In this document: positions 48,437 to 56,553 of the stretch, one piece after another | Layout of the letters: each line of letters opens with the position of its first letter | Numbering within the stretch: position 1 is the stretch's first letter | Assembly: GCA_017578085.2 (NCBI GenBank) | Contig: PKQR02000001.1 | Span: 7,105-71,104 of the forward strand | DNA from: Bacillota bacterium | Lineage (GTDB): Bacteria; Bacillota; Limnochordia; Limnochordales; ZCTH02-B6 | Reading direction: 5' to 3' | DNA length: 64,000 nt | Translations under genes and position numbers: made by a program | Notes under the pieces: generated by a model | The model's database searches: none | What the model was told of the DNA's origin: nothing | The model's input: the letters and a program-made list of their open reading frames with translations, nothing else

Positions 48437-50634
48437 TGATCGATACCGTTTTGGCCAATCGATATAGAATCCAGGCCAAGATCGGTGACGGCGGCATGGC
48501 CGTCGTGTACCGGGCGCTCGACCTCCTGCTGCATCGTCCGGTAGCCATCAAATGCCTGCGCCCGCAGTTTGCCAGCGATCCGGAGTTCCTGCAGCGATTC
48601 ATGCAGGAGGCGCAGGCGGCGGCCAGCTTGTCCCATCCCAACGTGGTGAACATCTTCGACGTCGGCCACGCCGGCGACGTCCACTATATCGTCCTCGAAT
48701 ACGTACAGGGCCGCAACTTGAAGGAGATACTGCGGGAGGAAGGCCGGCTGCCGCCCAAGCGGGCCGCCCACATCGCCCGGTCCGTGGCGCGGGCGCTGGA
48801 GGCCGCCCACCGGCGGCAGTTGATTCACCGGGACATCAAACCCCACAACATCCTCATTACGCCGGAGGGCCGGGTCAAAGTCACGGATTTCGGCATCGCC
48901 CGGGCCGCCAGCGCGGCGCAGCTGACGCAGACGGGCACCGTCATCGGGTCAGTGCACTACTTTTCCCCGGAACAGGCGCGGGGCGGGCCGGTCGGGCCCG
49001 CTTCGGACCTGTACGCGCTGGGCGTCGTCCTCTACGAGATGTTGACGGGCACCGTGCCCTTCCGAGGGGATAGCCCGATCGCTGTGGCCTTGAAGCACCT
49101 GGAGGAGGAGCCCGTGCCGCCCAGCCGCCTGGTCCCTTCAATCCCGCCGTGGCTCGAACAGGTGGTGCTAAAGGCGCTGGCCAAGGACCCGGCGCAGCGG
49201 TACGCGTCCGCCGAGGAAATGGCGCAGGACTTGGTCTGGCGCGACACGGCGCCGGCGCCGCTCCCGGCAGGGGAGGAGGATGACTGGCTGGGCGCGCCGG
49301 CCGAACCCCCGGATGTGCGGGCTGCGGGCGAAGAAGCCACCCGCCGCGTCGCGGCCGTGGGAGCCCGGGCGGTGCCGGAACAAGGCCGGCGGGAGCTGGC
49401 GCCGCCCGCTGGGGCCCAACGGGGTAGCGCAAGCGATGGAGCCAACGGGGCCGATGGAGCGGACGCGGACCAGGTGGACTCCGTTGCGGCGGGCGCCGCG
49501 GGCGACGGCGTCCGGCACCGGGGCAGGCGCCGGGGGCTGGTGTTGGCCCTTCTCCTGTTCGTCCTGCTGGGTGCAGCTGGCTACGCCGCCACACCTTATG
49601 TCCTTAGCCTGATCTTCCCGCCCGAGGTGACGGTGCCGGATGTCGTCGGCCTCACCTACGCCGAGGCCCGGGGGCTCATGGCGGCAAACGGCTTGATCCT
49701 CGTCATCGAGGCGGAGCGGCACGACCGCCATGTGCCGGCAGGCCACATCATCCGGCAAAATCCCGAAGGCGGCCGCACCGTACGCCAGGGGCGGACGGTG
49801 TATATAACGCTCAGCCGCGGCCCGGAGCTGGGCGTCGTGCCCGATGTGACCGGGCGGCCGCTGCGGGAGGCGCGGCTTGTGCTCACCCAGGAAGGCTACG
49901 TCCTGGGCGAGGAGATCGCGGCGTTCGAGCCCGGGGTGCCGGTCAACTATGTGGTGGGACAGGAGCCGGCGCCCGGTGCCGAGGTGGAGAAGGGGACACC
50001 GGTTAACCTGTGGGTCAACCGGCCGCAGGAGGAGGCGGCCACGGTCGTCGTGCCCGATGTGCGGGGCCGCACCCTGGCTGACGCGAAAGCCCAGCTGGAG
50101 TCGCTGGGGCTCGTCCTGGGCAACGCGTGGCCGGAAATCAATCCGCTGATCCCGGCGGGCCGCATCATCGACCAAAACCCGCCGCCCGCTTCCAGTGTGG
50201 AGCAAGGCACGGCGGTAGACGTGGTGTACAGCGGCCCACCGGTTCCGGACGCGCGCGGCGGTCAGGAGACCCAGGCTGGCTCAAGCCAGGCGCCCGCGGG
50301 TGGGGAGATGGCGCCCGCGCCCGGCGGGCAGGCGCAAACCGGCGCGGTGGTTGGCGAGGGCGTCGCCGCGGCCGAGGGCGAGAACTGGGAGAGCGCCCTG
50401 CGCGCGGCCGACCAGAAGCGCCGGACCGCGAGGGTGGATATTTACGTTCCTCCTGGGCCGCCGCAGGAGGTCGTCATCCTGGTCATCGACGACTTCGGCG
50501 CTCGGGAGGTGTACCGGGAAGCGCTGCCCGGCGGCACCCACGTGCGCCATTTCGTGGAAGGGCGGGGCGACAACGCACGGCTCCAAGTCTACATTGGCGG
50601 CATGATGGAAGTGGACCAGCCCTTCCCGCGCTGA
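48436..50634 (+). CDS. prkC: Ser/Thr protein kinase with PASTA repeats (PrkC/PknB type)
   Basis: The ATG shares 1 nt with the preceding TGA. The kinase domain has GDGGMAVVY, AIK, HRDIKPHNIL and DFGIA. A Pro/Ala/Gly-rich linker and one TM segment follow, then three PASTA-like units (VPDVVGL.., VPDVTGR.., VPDVRGR..) and a C-terminal beta domain. Confidence 0.94.
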   Translation: MIDTVLANRYRIQAKIGDGGMAVVYRALDLLLHRPVAIKCLRPQFASDPEFLQRFMQEAQAAASLSHPNVVNIFDVGHAGDVHYIVLEYVQGRNLKEILREEGRLPPKRAAHIARSVARALEAAHRRQLIHRDIKPHNILITPEGRVKVTDFGIARAASAAQLTQTGTVIGSVHYFSPEQARGGPVGPASDLYALGVVLYEMLTGTVPFRGDSPIAVALKHLEEEPVPPSRLVPSIPPWLEQVVLKALAKDPAQRYASAEEMAQDLVWRDTAPAPLPAGEEDDWLGAPAEPPDVRAAGEEATRRVAAVGARAVPEQGRRELAPPAGAQRGSASDGANGADGADADQVDSVAAGAAGDGVRHRGRRRGLVLALLLFVLLGAAGYAATPYVLSLIFPPEVTVPDVVGLTYAEARGLMAANGLILVIEAERHDRHVPAGHIIRQNPEGGRTVRQGRTVYITLSRGPELGVVPDVTGRPLREARLVLTQEGYVLGEEIAAFEPGVPVNYVVGQEPAPGAEVEKGTPVNLWVNRPQEEAATVVVPDVRGRTLADAKAQLESLGLVLGNAWPEINPLIPAGRIIDQNPPPASSVEQGTAVDVVYSGPPVPDARGGQETQAGSSQAPAGGEMAPAPGGQAQTGAVVGEGVAAAEGENWESALRAADQKRRTARVDIYVPPGPPQEVVILVIDDFGAREVYREALPGGTHVRHFVEGRGDNARLQVYIGGMMEVDQPFPR

Positions 50635-50645
50635 TCGTGACTTTT

Positions 50646-50680
50646 CCCGGCGGCGGGGTTCCCCGTCGCCTGCCGCCGGG
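50646..50680 (+). terminator. GC-rich hairpin after prkC (possible terminator/attenuator, no U-run)
   Basis: CCCGGCGGC (50646-50654) pairs with GCCGCCGGG (50672-50680). It is followed by UCUAAGAC and so lacks a U tract. Confidence 0.3.
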
Positions 50681-50711
50681 TCTAAGACAAGAGAACAAAA
50701 GGGGGGAACCG

Positions 50712-51596
50712 ATGACAGAAGGCATCGTGCTGCGCGGGGTCGGGGGATTCTACCGCGTCCTGCTGGACGACGGGCGGACGGTGGAATGCCGGCCCCGGGG
50801 ACGTTTGCGCAAGGACGGGATCACCTTGCTGGCCGGAGACCGCGTCGCGGTGGAGCTTCTGCCCGACGGCACAGGGACCATCGAAGCCGTCGCACCGCGC
50901 CGCACCGAGCTGCGCCGCCCCGCCGTGGCCAACGTCGACCAGGTCGTGGTGGTGATGGCGCTGGCCGCCCCTCCGCCCAACTTCTTGCTGCTCGATCGCC
51001 TACTGGCAGTGGCCGAGTTCGAAGGCCTCGAACCGGTGTTGTGCTGGACGAAAGCCGACCTGTGCAGCCAGGAGGCCGCCGAGGAGATCACCCGCCCGTA
51101 CCGTGATGCCGGCTACCCGATCATTCTTACCAGCGTCGTGACGGGACAGGGCATCGCCGACTTGCGGGAAGCGCTGCGGAATCACATTTCCACTTTTGCC
51201 GGGCCGTCCGGGACGGGCAAGTCGTCCCTTCTTAACGCCTTGGACCCGTCGCTGAATCGTCAAACCGGCGAGATCAGCCGCAAGCTCGGCCGCGGGCGCC
51301 ATACAACCCGGGTTGTGGAGCTCCTGCCGGTTCCGGGAGGCGGCCTGGTGGCGGATACCCCGGGTTTCAGCCAGCTGGATGTGACGTCCATCCCCAAGGC
51401 CGAGCTGGGCCGCTGCATGCGGGAGTTCCTCCGGTTTCTGGACGAATGCCGCTTTCCCGGCTGCCTGCACAGGGCCGAACCCGGCTGCGCGGTGCGCGCG
51501 GCCGTGGAAGCCGGCGGCATTCACCCGCGCCGGTACCACCATTACCTGGAGCTGCTGCAAGAGATCGAAGAGTGGGAGGCCCGCCGCTACTCATGA
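50712..51596 (+). CDS. rsgA: Ribosome small-subunit biogenesis GTPase RsgA (CpgA)
   Basis: The tracked ORF starts at 50127. I moved the start to ATG 50712, behind AAAAGGGGGG. An OB-fold N-terminus is followed by a circularly permuted GTPase with AGPSGTGKSSL. The zinc motif is CRFPGCLHRAEPGC. Confidence 0.93.
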   Translation: MTEGIVLRGVGGFYRVLLDDGRTVECRPRGRLRKDGITLLAGDRVAVELLPDGTGTIEAVAPRRTELRRPAVANVDQVVVVMALAAPPPNFLLLDRLLAVAEFEGLEPVLCWTKADLCSQEAAEEITRPYRDAGYPIILTSVVTGQGIADLREALRNHISTFAGPSGTGKSSLLNALDPSLNRQTGEISRKLGRGRHTTRVVELLPVPGGGLVADTPGFSQLDVTSIPKAELGRCMREFLRFLDECRFPGCLHRAEPGCAVRAAVEAGGIHPRRYHHYLELLQEIEEWEARRYS

Positions 51597-52255
51597 GTTC
51601 ACAGCCCCTGGTGCTCGCCCCGTCCCTTTTATCCGCCGATTTCGCCCGCCTGGCGGAGGAGATCGCCCGGGTGGAACCCGAGGCCGACTGGCTGCACCTG
51701 GATGTAATGGACGGCCATTTCGTGCCGAACATCACCTTCGGCCCGGACTTGGTGCGGGCGGTGCGCAGCGTGACGCGCTTGCCTCTGGACGTGCACTTGA
51801 TGATCGAGGAGCCGGACCGCCATCTGGAGGCGTTTGCCCGGGCCGGCGCCGACATCTTGACCGTCCACGTGGAGGCATGCCCGCACCTGCAGCGCACGCT
51901 GCAGCACATCCGGGACTTGGGGTGCCGCGCAGGGGTTGCCCTCAACCCGCATACCCCCCTGGACAACATCCGCTACGTCCTTGACGACGTGGATCTCGTG
52001 CTGCTCATGACCGTGAATCCGGGCTTCGGCGGCCAGAAGTTCCTGCCGGCCGTCCTTCCTAAGGTGCGGCGGTTGGCCGCGTGGCTGCGCCTGGGGGGCC
52101 GGCGAATCCATATTGAGGTCGACGGCGGCATCAACACGCAAACAGCGCCGCTGGCCGTAGAGGCCGGCGCCAACGTGCTGGTCGCCGGGTCGGCCGTTTT
52201 CGGCGCCCAGGATCCCCGCGCGGTGCTGCGGGCGCTGCGGGCGGTAGGCGCCTGA
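51593..52255 (+). CDS. rpe: Ribulose-phosphate 3-epimerase
   Basis: It overlaps the rsgA stop by ATGA. Motifs present: APSLLSADF, HLDVMDGHFVPN, MTVNPGFGGQKF and VDGG. Confidence 0.95.
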   Translation: MSSQPLVLAPSLLSADFARLAEEIARVEPEADWLHLDVMDGHFVPNITFGPDLVRAVRSVTRLPLDVHLMIEEPDRHLEAFARAGADILTVHVEACPHLQRTLQHIRDLGCRAGVALNPHTPLDNIRYVLDDVDLVLLMTVNPGFGGQKFLPAVLPKVRRLAAWLRLGGRRIHIEVDGGINTQTAPLAVEAGANVLVAGSAVFGAQDPRAVLRALRAVGA

Positions 52256-52363
52256 ACCGCCCTGGCGGCGGGCTCCTCGTTCCCTGGCGCAAGGCTTCCA
52301 ATTGCCTGTCATGCCCTGATTAAGGCGAGAAGTCTGCGTTTCTGCCCTAGAGTTTAGTGTAGA

Positions 52364-52392
52364 TTGACAGTCAGTAAGTTCTTGTTTATACT
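52364..52392 (+). promoter_or_regulatory. Perfect consensus sigma-A promoter with no annotated product directly downstream
   Basis: TTGACA (52364-52369), an exact 17-nt spacer, then TATACT (52387-52392), in a low-GC pocket. The architecture is identical to the tRNA-Pro promoter. Confidence 0.65.
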
Positions 52393-52398
52393 GGCTTT

Positions 52399-52663
52399 AC
52401 CCGGCCGGGATGGTCCCGGGGGAGCGGCGAGTACGCCGTTATTGGGGGTTGGTTGATCGGGAAAAACGCGCCGGGTGCCAGTGGCATCCTCTCCGTCCAC
52501 AACGCAACAATTCAAAAATCACCCCTGATGGGCATGGTTGGCTGGTGGTTTTCTCGCGGATAGGGACGGTCAGCCGTCGCTCCCCTCCCATGGGACCTGG
52601 CATCCGCCTTCTTCCTTGCGGCGGACCACCGCCAGCCGCCCTGGCAAGGAGAGGAATCGACCC
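52399..52663 (+). ncRNA. Candidate structured RNA (6S-like rod, or a long regulatory 5' leader) of about 210-265 nt
   Basis: This region is non-coding by my assessment, because the first RBS plus start is at 52664. Three blocks totalling 19 bp pair 52408-52426 with 52578-52605. An apical hairpin lies at 52473-52489. An A/U-rich stretch lies at 52506-52521. There is no terminator before the CDS. The fold was done by eye only. Confidence 0.4.
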
Positions 52664-53794
52664 TTGGGAGGGAAACGCGAGACGGCTGTCCCCGAGATGT
52701 CCAAAACGGCTCTCGTCCAGGCAGTGCTTGGGTCGATGCGCCGGGAGGCGCTCCGGCGGCGTCGCCGTCCCGTCCTGGGGGCCGCGATCTGGGGACAGTT
52801 CCACGAATGGGTGCGCGATGAATCGGTAGAGGCCGTGATCATCCACGGCACCAGCGGGGTGCACGTTCTTCAATCCGGCGCGTGGCGGGAAGCACAGAGC
52901 CCGTTTGTGCGGGAACAGCAGGTGCGGGAGCTGCTCCGGCGCTTGACGCTAAATCCGAGGCGCGATCGCCATCCCGTACACGTGCCGCTGCCCGAAGGCT
53001 TTGAACTGTTCTCTTGGCAAACTGTTGACCGCGGCGAGACCGTCCTGTTCTTTCGACGGCTGCGCCCGGTGCCGCCGGCGCCCGCCAAGCTCAATGAGCT
53101 CTGGCGCGGGAACCGGGAGGGGCTGCGGCTGGTGGCCAGCGCGCTCAGCCGGCGGCAACCGGTGCTGGTGTGTGGCCCAGGCCAACACGCCAGGGAACAA
53201 GTGCTGCTCGCGCTCAGCGGCCTGCTGGAACCAGGAACGCGAGCGGTTTGGCTTGTGGATGCAGGGCGCCCGTTGCCTGCGGCGGGTGCCGCGGCGGTGG
53301 TCAGCATCGACTGCCAGCGGCTGCATGCCGACCCGTTTGCGGCCCGGGACGTGCTGCAGCAGCTCCTGGCCTTGTCCCCCGATTGGATCGTCGCTCAGGA
53401 CGCACCATCCCCGCTGTTGGCGGCGGTGGCCGACGGGCTGAGGTCCGGCCGGTGGGGATTTATGGCTGCTGCCGGCTTCCCGCTGCAGCGCAGCGCCCCG
53501 GCGCGCCCGGGGCGGGACGCTTTGGCTCGATCCCAGGGAGTGCCGGAGCCCTTTCGCTGGATCGTAGAGGTCGGCGGTTACCGGAGGCCGGTGATCGAAG
53601 GCGTGTGGCGGGCGCTGCCGGGCGCAGGTCCCGCCCGCACGTGGCGGAGACTCCGGGGGAGCGAGCGGACCGTAGCCCTGCGGCCCATTCCGGTGCGTTC
53701 GGCCCGCAACCAGGCCAGCCGCCTCGTGTTCGGCAACCCCATCGGCAACAGGGCTGTGCCGGCAAGGGAGACCGAGGGGAGCTCTTCCGATTAA
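52664..53794 (+). CDS. CpaF/VirB11/PilT-like secretion-ATPase homologue with degenerate Walker A and Walker B (predicted pseudo-ATPase)
   Basis: The tracked ORF starts at 52538. TTG 52664 lies 9 nt after AAGGAGAGG. The N-terminal domain (VEAVIIHGTSGVHVLQSG) and a core aligning to ..ILISGGTGSGKTTLLNAL.. are recognisable, but the core here reads VLVCGPGQHAREQVLLAL (53162-53215). The Walker B-like string is PDWIVAQD. The opposite-strand ORFs in this interval look like GC artefacts. Confidence 0.6.
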   Translation: MGGKRETAVPEMSKTALVQAVLGSMRREALRRRRRPVLGAAIWGQFHEWVRDESVEAVIIHGTSGVHVLQSGAWREAQSPFVREQQVRELLRRLTLNPRRDRHPVHVPLPEGFELFSWQTVDRGETVLFFRRLRPVPPAPAKLNELWRGNREGLRLVASALSRRQPVLVCGPGQHAREQVLLALSGLLEPGTRAVWLVDAGRPLPAAGAAAVVSIDCQRLHADPFAARDVLQQLLALSPDWIVAQDAPSPLLAAVADGLRSGRWGFMAAAGFPLQRSAPARPGRDALARSQGVPEPFRWIVEVGGYRRPVIEGVWRALPGAGPARTWRRLRGSERTVALRPIPVRSARNQASRLVFGNPIGNRAVPARETEGSSSD

Positions 53795-53856
53795 GCCGCC
53801 GGGAGCGGTGTGTCCCTTCCGTTCGGTGTTGCAGGAAAACAAGTCTTGAAAGCAGT

Positions 53857-53883
53857 GCGGCCCGCGCATTCTACGCGGGCCGC
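53857..53883. terminator. Bidirectional GC hairpin between the convergent ATPase-like gene and rpmB
   Basis: GCGGCCCGCG-(7 nt)-CGCGGGCCGC is a perfect 10-bp stem. There is no clear U-run on either strand. Confidence 0.4.
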
Positions 53884-53943
53884 CATACAATTACAGTGAG
53901 AAAACCAGAAACAAACTGGTGAACAACCGGCTGAGCGGCGCCG

Positions 53944-54135
53944 TTACACCGCTCGCTGCACCTTGCCGCTCTTCAGGCACTTGGTGCAGACGTACGCGCG
54001 CCGGACGGAGCCATTGACCACGATGCGGACCTTCTGCAAGTTAGGCAGGAAAACCCGGCGCGTCTTCCGGTTGGAGTGGCTGACGTTGTTGCCGGTCTGG
54101 GTGCGCTTCTCGCAAACGATGCATGCCCTGGCCAT
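53944..54135 (-). CDS. rpmB: 50S ribosomal protein L28
   Basis: The tracked ORF extends to 54195. The real start is ATG 54135, behind [46 protein letters not shown] is a typical L28 sequence (63 aa). Confidence 0.95.
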   Translation of the reverse strand: MARACIVCEKRTQTGNNVSHSNRKTRRVFLPNLQKVRIVVNGSVRRAYVCTKCLKSGKVQRAV

Positions 54136-54166
54136 CGGATTTCCTCCTTCGTGCGAAACCTGATAT

Positions 54167-54195
54167 AGTGTAGCATACGGCAAAAATGCGGGCAA
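54167..54195 (-). promoter_or_regulatory. Candidate sigma-A promoter of rpmB (extended -10)
   Basis: The minus strand reads TTGCCC (54195-54190), a 17-nt spacer ending in TGC, then TACACT (54172-54167). Confidence 0.4.
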
Positions 54196-54257
54196 GCAGG
54201 AAAGCCTGCGCAGGAAACGAATCTTTGTCCGGTGATGTCAAGCAGGGTGGAGTGATC

Positions 54258-54671
54258 ATGGCGCAACAGCAGGATACGGGGCTTGGCAAGATCCAGATCG
54301 CGGACGAGGTGATCGCCACCATCGCGGGTGTTGCGGCCACCGAGAGCTACGGCCTTGTGGGGATGCAGGCGCGCAACGTCCAGGAAGGGCTGTCCGTCCT
54401 GCTGCGCCGTGAGGACCTGGCGCGCGGCGTACAGGTGACGATCGCCGACAACCGGGCCATCATTGACCTATCCGTCGTGGTGCAGTACGGCGTGAACATC
54501 GCTGAAGTGGCCCACAACGTGATGGAACAGGTCAAGTACGCGGTGGAGAGTCAATGCGGCCTTGAGGTCGCACGGGTAAATGTCCACGTGGTGGGCGTCC
54601 GCGTCGATGACAAGGCGGCGCCCGCCCCCGCCGTCGGCCCGCGCCATCGCCGGCAACCCACCCGCCGATAA
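54258..54671 (+). CDS. Asp23/Gls24 family envelope stress protein (YloU-like)
   Basis: ATG 54258 follows GGGTGGAG. Family strings present: GKIQIADEVIATIAGVAATESYGLVGM, ..VVVQYGVNIAEVA.. and ..VNVHVVGV. Confidence 0.9.
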   Translation: MAQQQDTGLGKIQIADEVIATIAGVAATESYGLVGMQARNVQEGLSVLLRREDLARGVQVTIADNRAIIDLSVVVQYGVNIAEVAHNVMEQVKYAVESQCGLEVARVNVHVVGVRVDDKAAPAPAVGPRHRRQPTRR

Positions 54672-54691
54672 GATCAAGGAGGTTTGGCGGG

Positions 54692-56476
54692 TTGGCGCCA
54701 AGGCGACTGACAGCCGGATTGTTGCATGATTTGATCGCGGCCGGAGCAGCCTACTTGGAGCAGCGCAAGGAAACGGTCAATTCCCTCAATGTATTTCCCG
54801 TCCCCGACGGGGACACCGGCACCAACATGGCCCTCACCCTAGCCGCTGCCCGGCGGGAGCTGGGCGACGCGGCCGGGCTGCCGCTGGGCCAGGCGGCGCA
54901 GCGGCTGGCCCGGGGCGCGCTGCTGGGGGCCCGCGGCAACTCCGGCGTAATTTTGTCCCAGTTCCTGCGGGGCTTTGCCCAGGGCCTGGCGGGCCTTGAC
55001 AGCGCAGGTCCGCGGGAGCTGGCCGCAGCCTTCTCCTCGGCTACCGAAACCGCATATCGGGCCGTCATCAAGCCTGTGGAGGGCACCATGCTCACCGTCG
55101 GGCGGGGCGCGTCTGAGGCGGCCGAGCGGGCGGCGCAAGACGGCAAGGATCTGGAAGGGGTCCTGGAGGCGGCCGTCGCGGGAGCCAAGGAGGCGCTAGC
55201 CCGCACCCCGAGCCTGCTGCCGGTCCTGGCACGAGCTGGGGTCGTGGACGCCGGCGGCCAAGGGTTTGTGTTCTTCCTTGAAGGTATCCTGGCGGCGGTG
55301 CGCGGGCAGGTGCCCGTGCTCGCGGCCCCGGCGAATCCCGGGGTTTCCGGAGTCACACCGGCGCCGGCCGCACTGGCCGACGTCCAGGTGCACAGCGCGA
55401 TCACCCACGAGTTTGTCGAGCACCGCTATTGTACCGAATTCCTGATCCGGGGACAGAACCTGGACCTGGATGAGATCCAAAAGGCCCTCGAGCCGCTGGG
55501 CGATAGCCTCCTGGTGGTCGGCGACAGGGAGCTCGTTAAGGTCCATGTTCACACCAACCACCCTGGCCGGGCTCTCGAGATCGGCACGGCGCGCGGAGAG
55601 CTCTTGAACGTGTCCGTCGCGAACATGCAGGAGCAAAACCGCGTAGCCGCTGCTCACAACCAGGCCGCCGCGCACGGCGGGACCGTGGTCCGTGCGCAGC
55701 CGGCTCCGGCTCAGGAGCATGTGCTGGCTCAGGGGCAGCCGGCGGGCCCAGGACAGGACAAGGCAGCCGCCGCACCCGGCCCGTCGGCCCACGGTCAGCC
55801 GACCGCCAACGGCGCGCCGAAAGGCATCGGCGTCGTCGCGGTGGCCCAAGGCGAGGGGTGGCGCCGGCTGCTTGAATCCCTGGGCGTAGACCAGGTGGTT
55901 TCCGGGGGACAGACCATGAACCCCAGCGCCGCGGAGCTGCTTGCTGCCATCGAGGCGGTGGACGCGCCCGACGTCGTGGTGCTGCCCAACAACAGCAACA
56001 TCGTGTTCACAGCCCGCCAAGCGGTGGAGCTGACCGATCGCCGCGTGCATGTGGTGCCGACCCGGACGGTGGCCGCAGGGGTGGCGGCCATGATGGCCTA
56101 CACGCCCGAGGGCGATGCCGAAACGGTCGCGAGGACGATGAGCGAGGCGGCCGAGCGCGTGCGCACCGCGGAGATCACCTACGCCGTGCGGGACAGCGAG
56201 GCGTGGGATATCGCTGTGCGGGCGGGCGACTGCATCGCCCTGGTCGGCGGTGAGGTGCGAGCCGTGGCCGCGGATCCGGAAGCGGCAGCCCTGGCCGCCC
56301 TGCGGGCCATGGTGACGCCCGACGACTCGTTGATCTCCATCTACTACGGGCAAGACGTGGCGGCGGAGGCGGCGGAGGCCCTTGCGGAACAAGTGCGGGC
56401 CGAGTGGCCCGGCTGCGATGTAGAGGTCTACATGGGCGGGCAGCCCGTCTACTATTACATCCTCTCGGTTGAATAG
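54692..56476 (+). CDS. DAK2 domain fusion protein YloV
   Basis: TTG 54692 lies 9 nt after AAGGAGG. NVFPVPDGDTGTNM is the DAK2 signature. The C-terminal domain is DegV-like/YloV. A low-complexity Ala/Gln/Pro linker of about 60 aa separates the two domains. Confidence 0.9.
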   Translation: MAPRRLTAGLLHDLIAAGAAYLEQRKETVNSLNVFPVPDGDTGTNMALTLAAARRELGDAAGLPLGQAAQRLARGALLGARGNSGVILSQFLRGFAQGLAGLDSAGPRELAAAFSSATETAYRAVIKPVEGTMLTVGRGASEAAERAAQDGKDLEGVLEAAVAGAKEALARTPSLLPVLARAGVVDAGGQGFVFFLEGILAAVRGQVPVLAAPANPGVSGVTPAPAALADVQVHSAITHEFVEHRYCTEFLIRGQNLDLDEIQKALEPLGDSLLVVGDRELVKVHVHTNHPGRALEIGTARGELLNVSVANMQEQNRVAAAHNQAAAHGGTVVRAQPAPAQEHVLAQGQPAGPGQDKAAAAPGPSAHGQPTANGAPKGIGVVAVAQGEGWRRLLESLGVDQVVSGGQTMNPSAAELLAAIEAVDAPDVVVLPNNSNIVFTARQAVELTDRRVHVVPTRTVAAGVAAMMAYTPEGDAETVARTMSEAAERVRTAEITYAVRDSEAWDIAVRAGDCIALVGGEVRAVAADPEAAALAALRAMVTPDDSLISIYYGQDVAAEAAEALAEQVRAEWPGCDVEVYMGGQPVYYYILSVE

Positions 56477-56553
56477 CGGTGCCGTTGTGCCGCCGCGCCT
56501 GCCTGGGCCCGACGGCGCGGGGGGCGGTGTCGCAGTGGAAGGGAGCTGGATCG

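Noticed and set aside
52570-52625. The minus strand reads GCCAGGUCCCAUGGGAGGGGAGCGAC, which is reminiscent of the SRP RNA domain IV motif (CAGGUCCGGAAGGAAGCAGC).
   Set aside because: There is only a 7-nt exact match. There is no GNRA tetraloop (the CCCAUGGG palindrome leaves no loop), no Alu-domain or closing helices, and no promoter on that strand. The resemblance is better explained as the 3' arm of the plus-strand helix.
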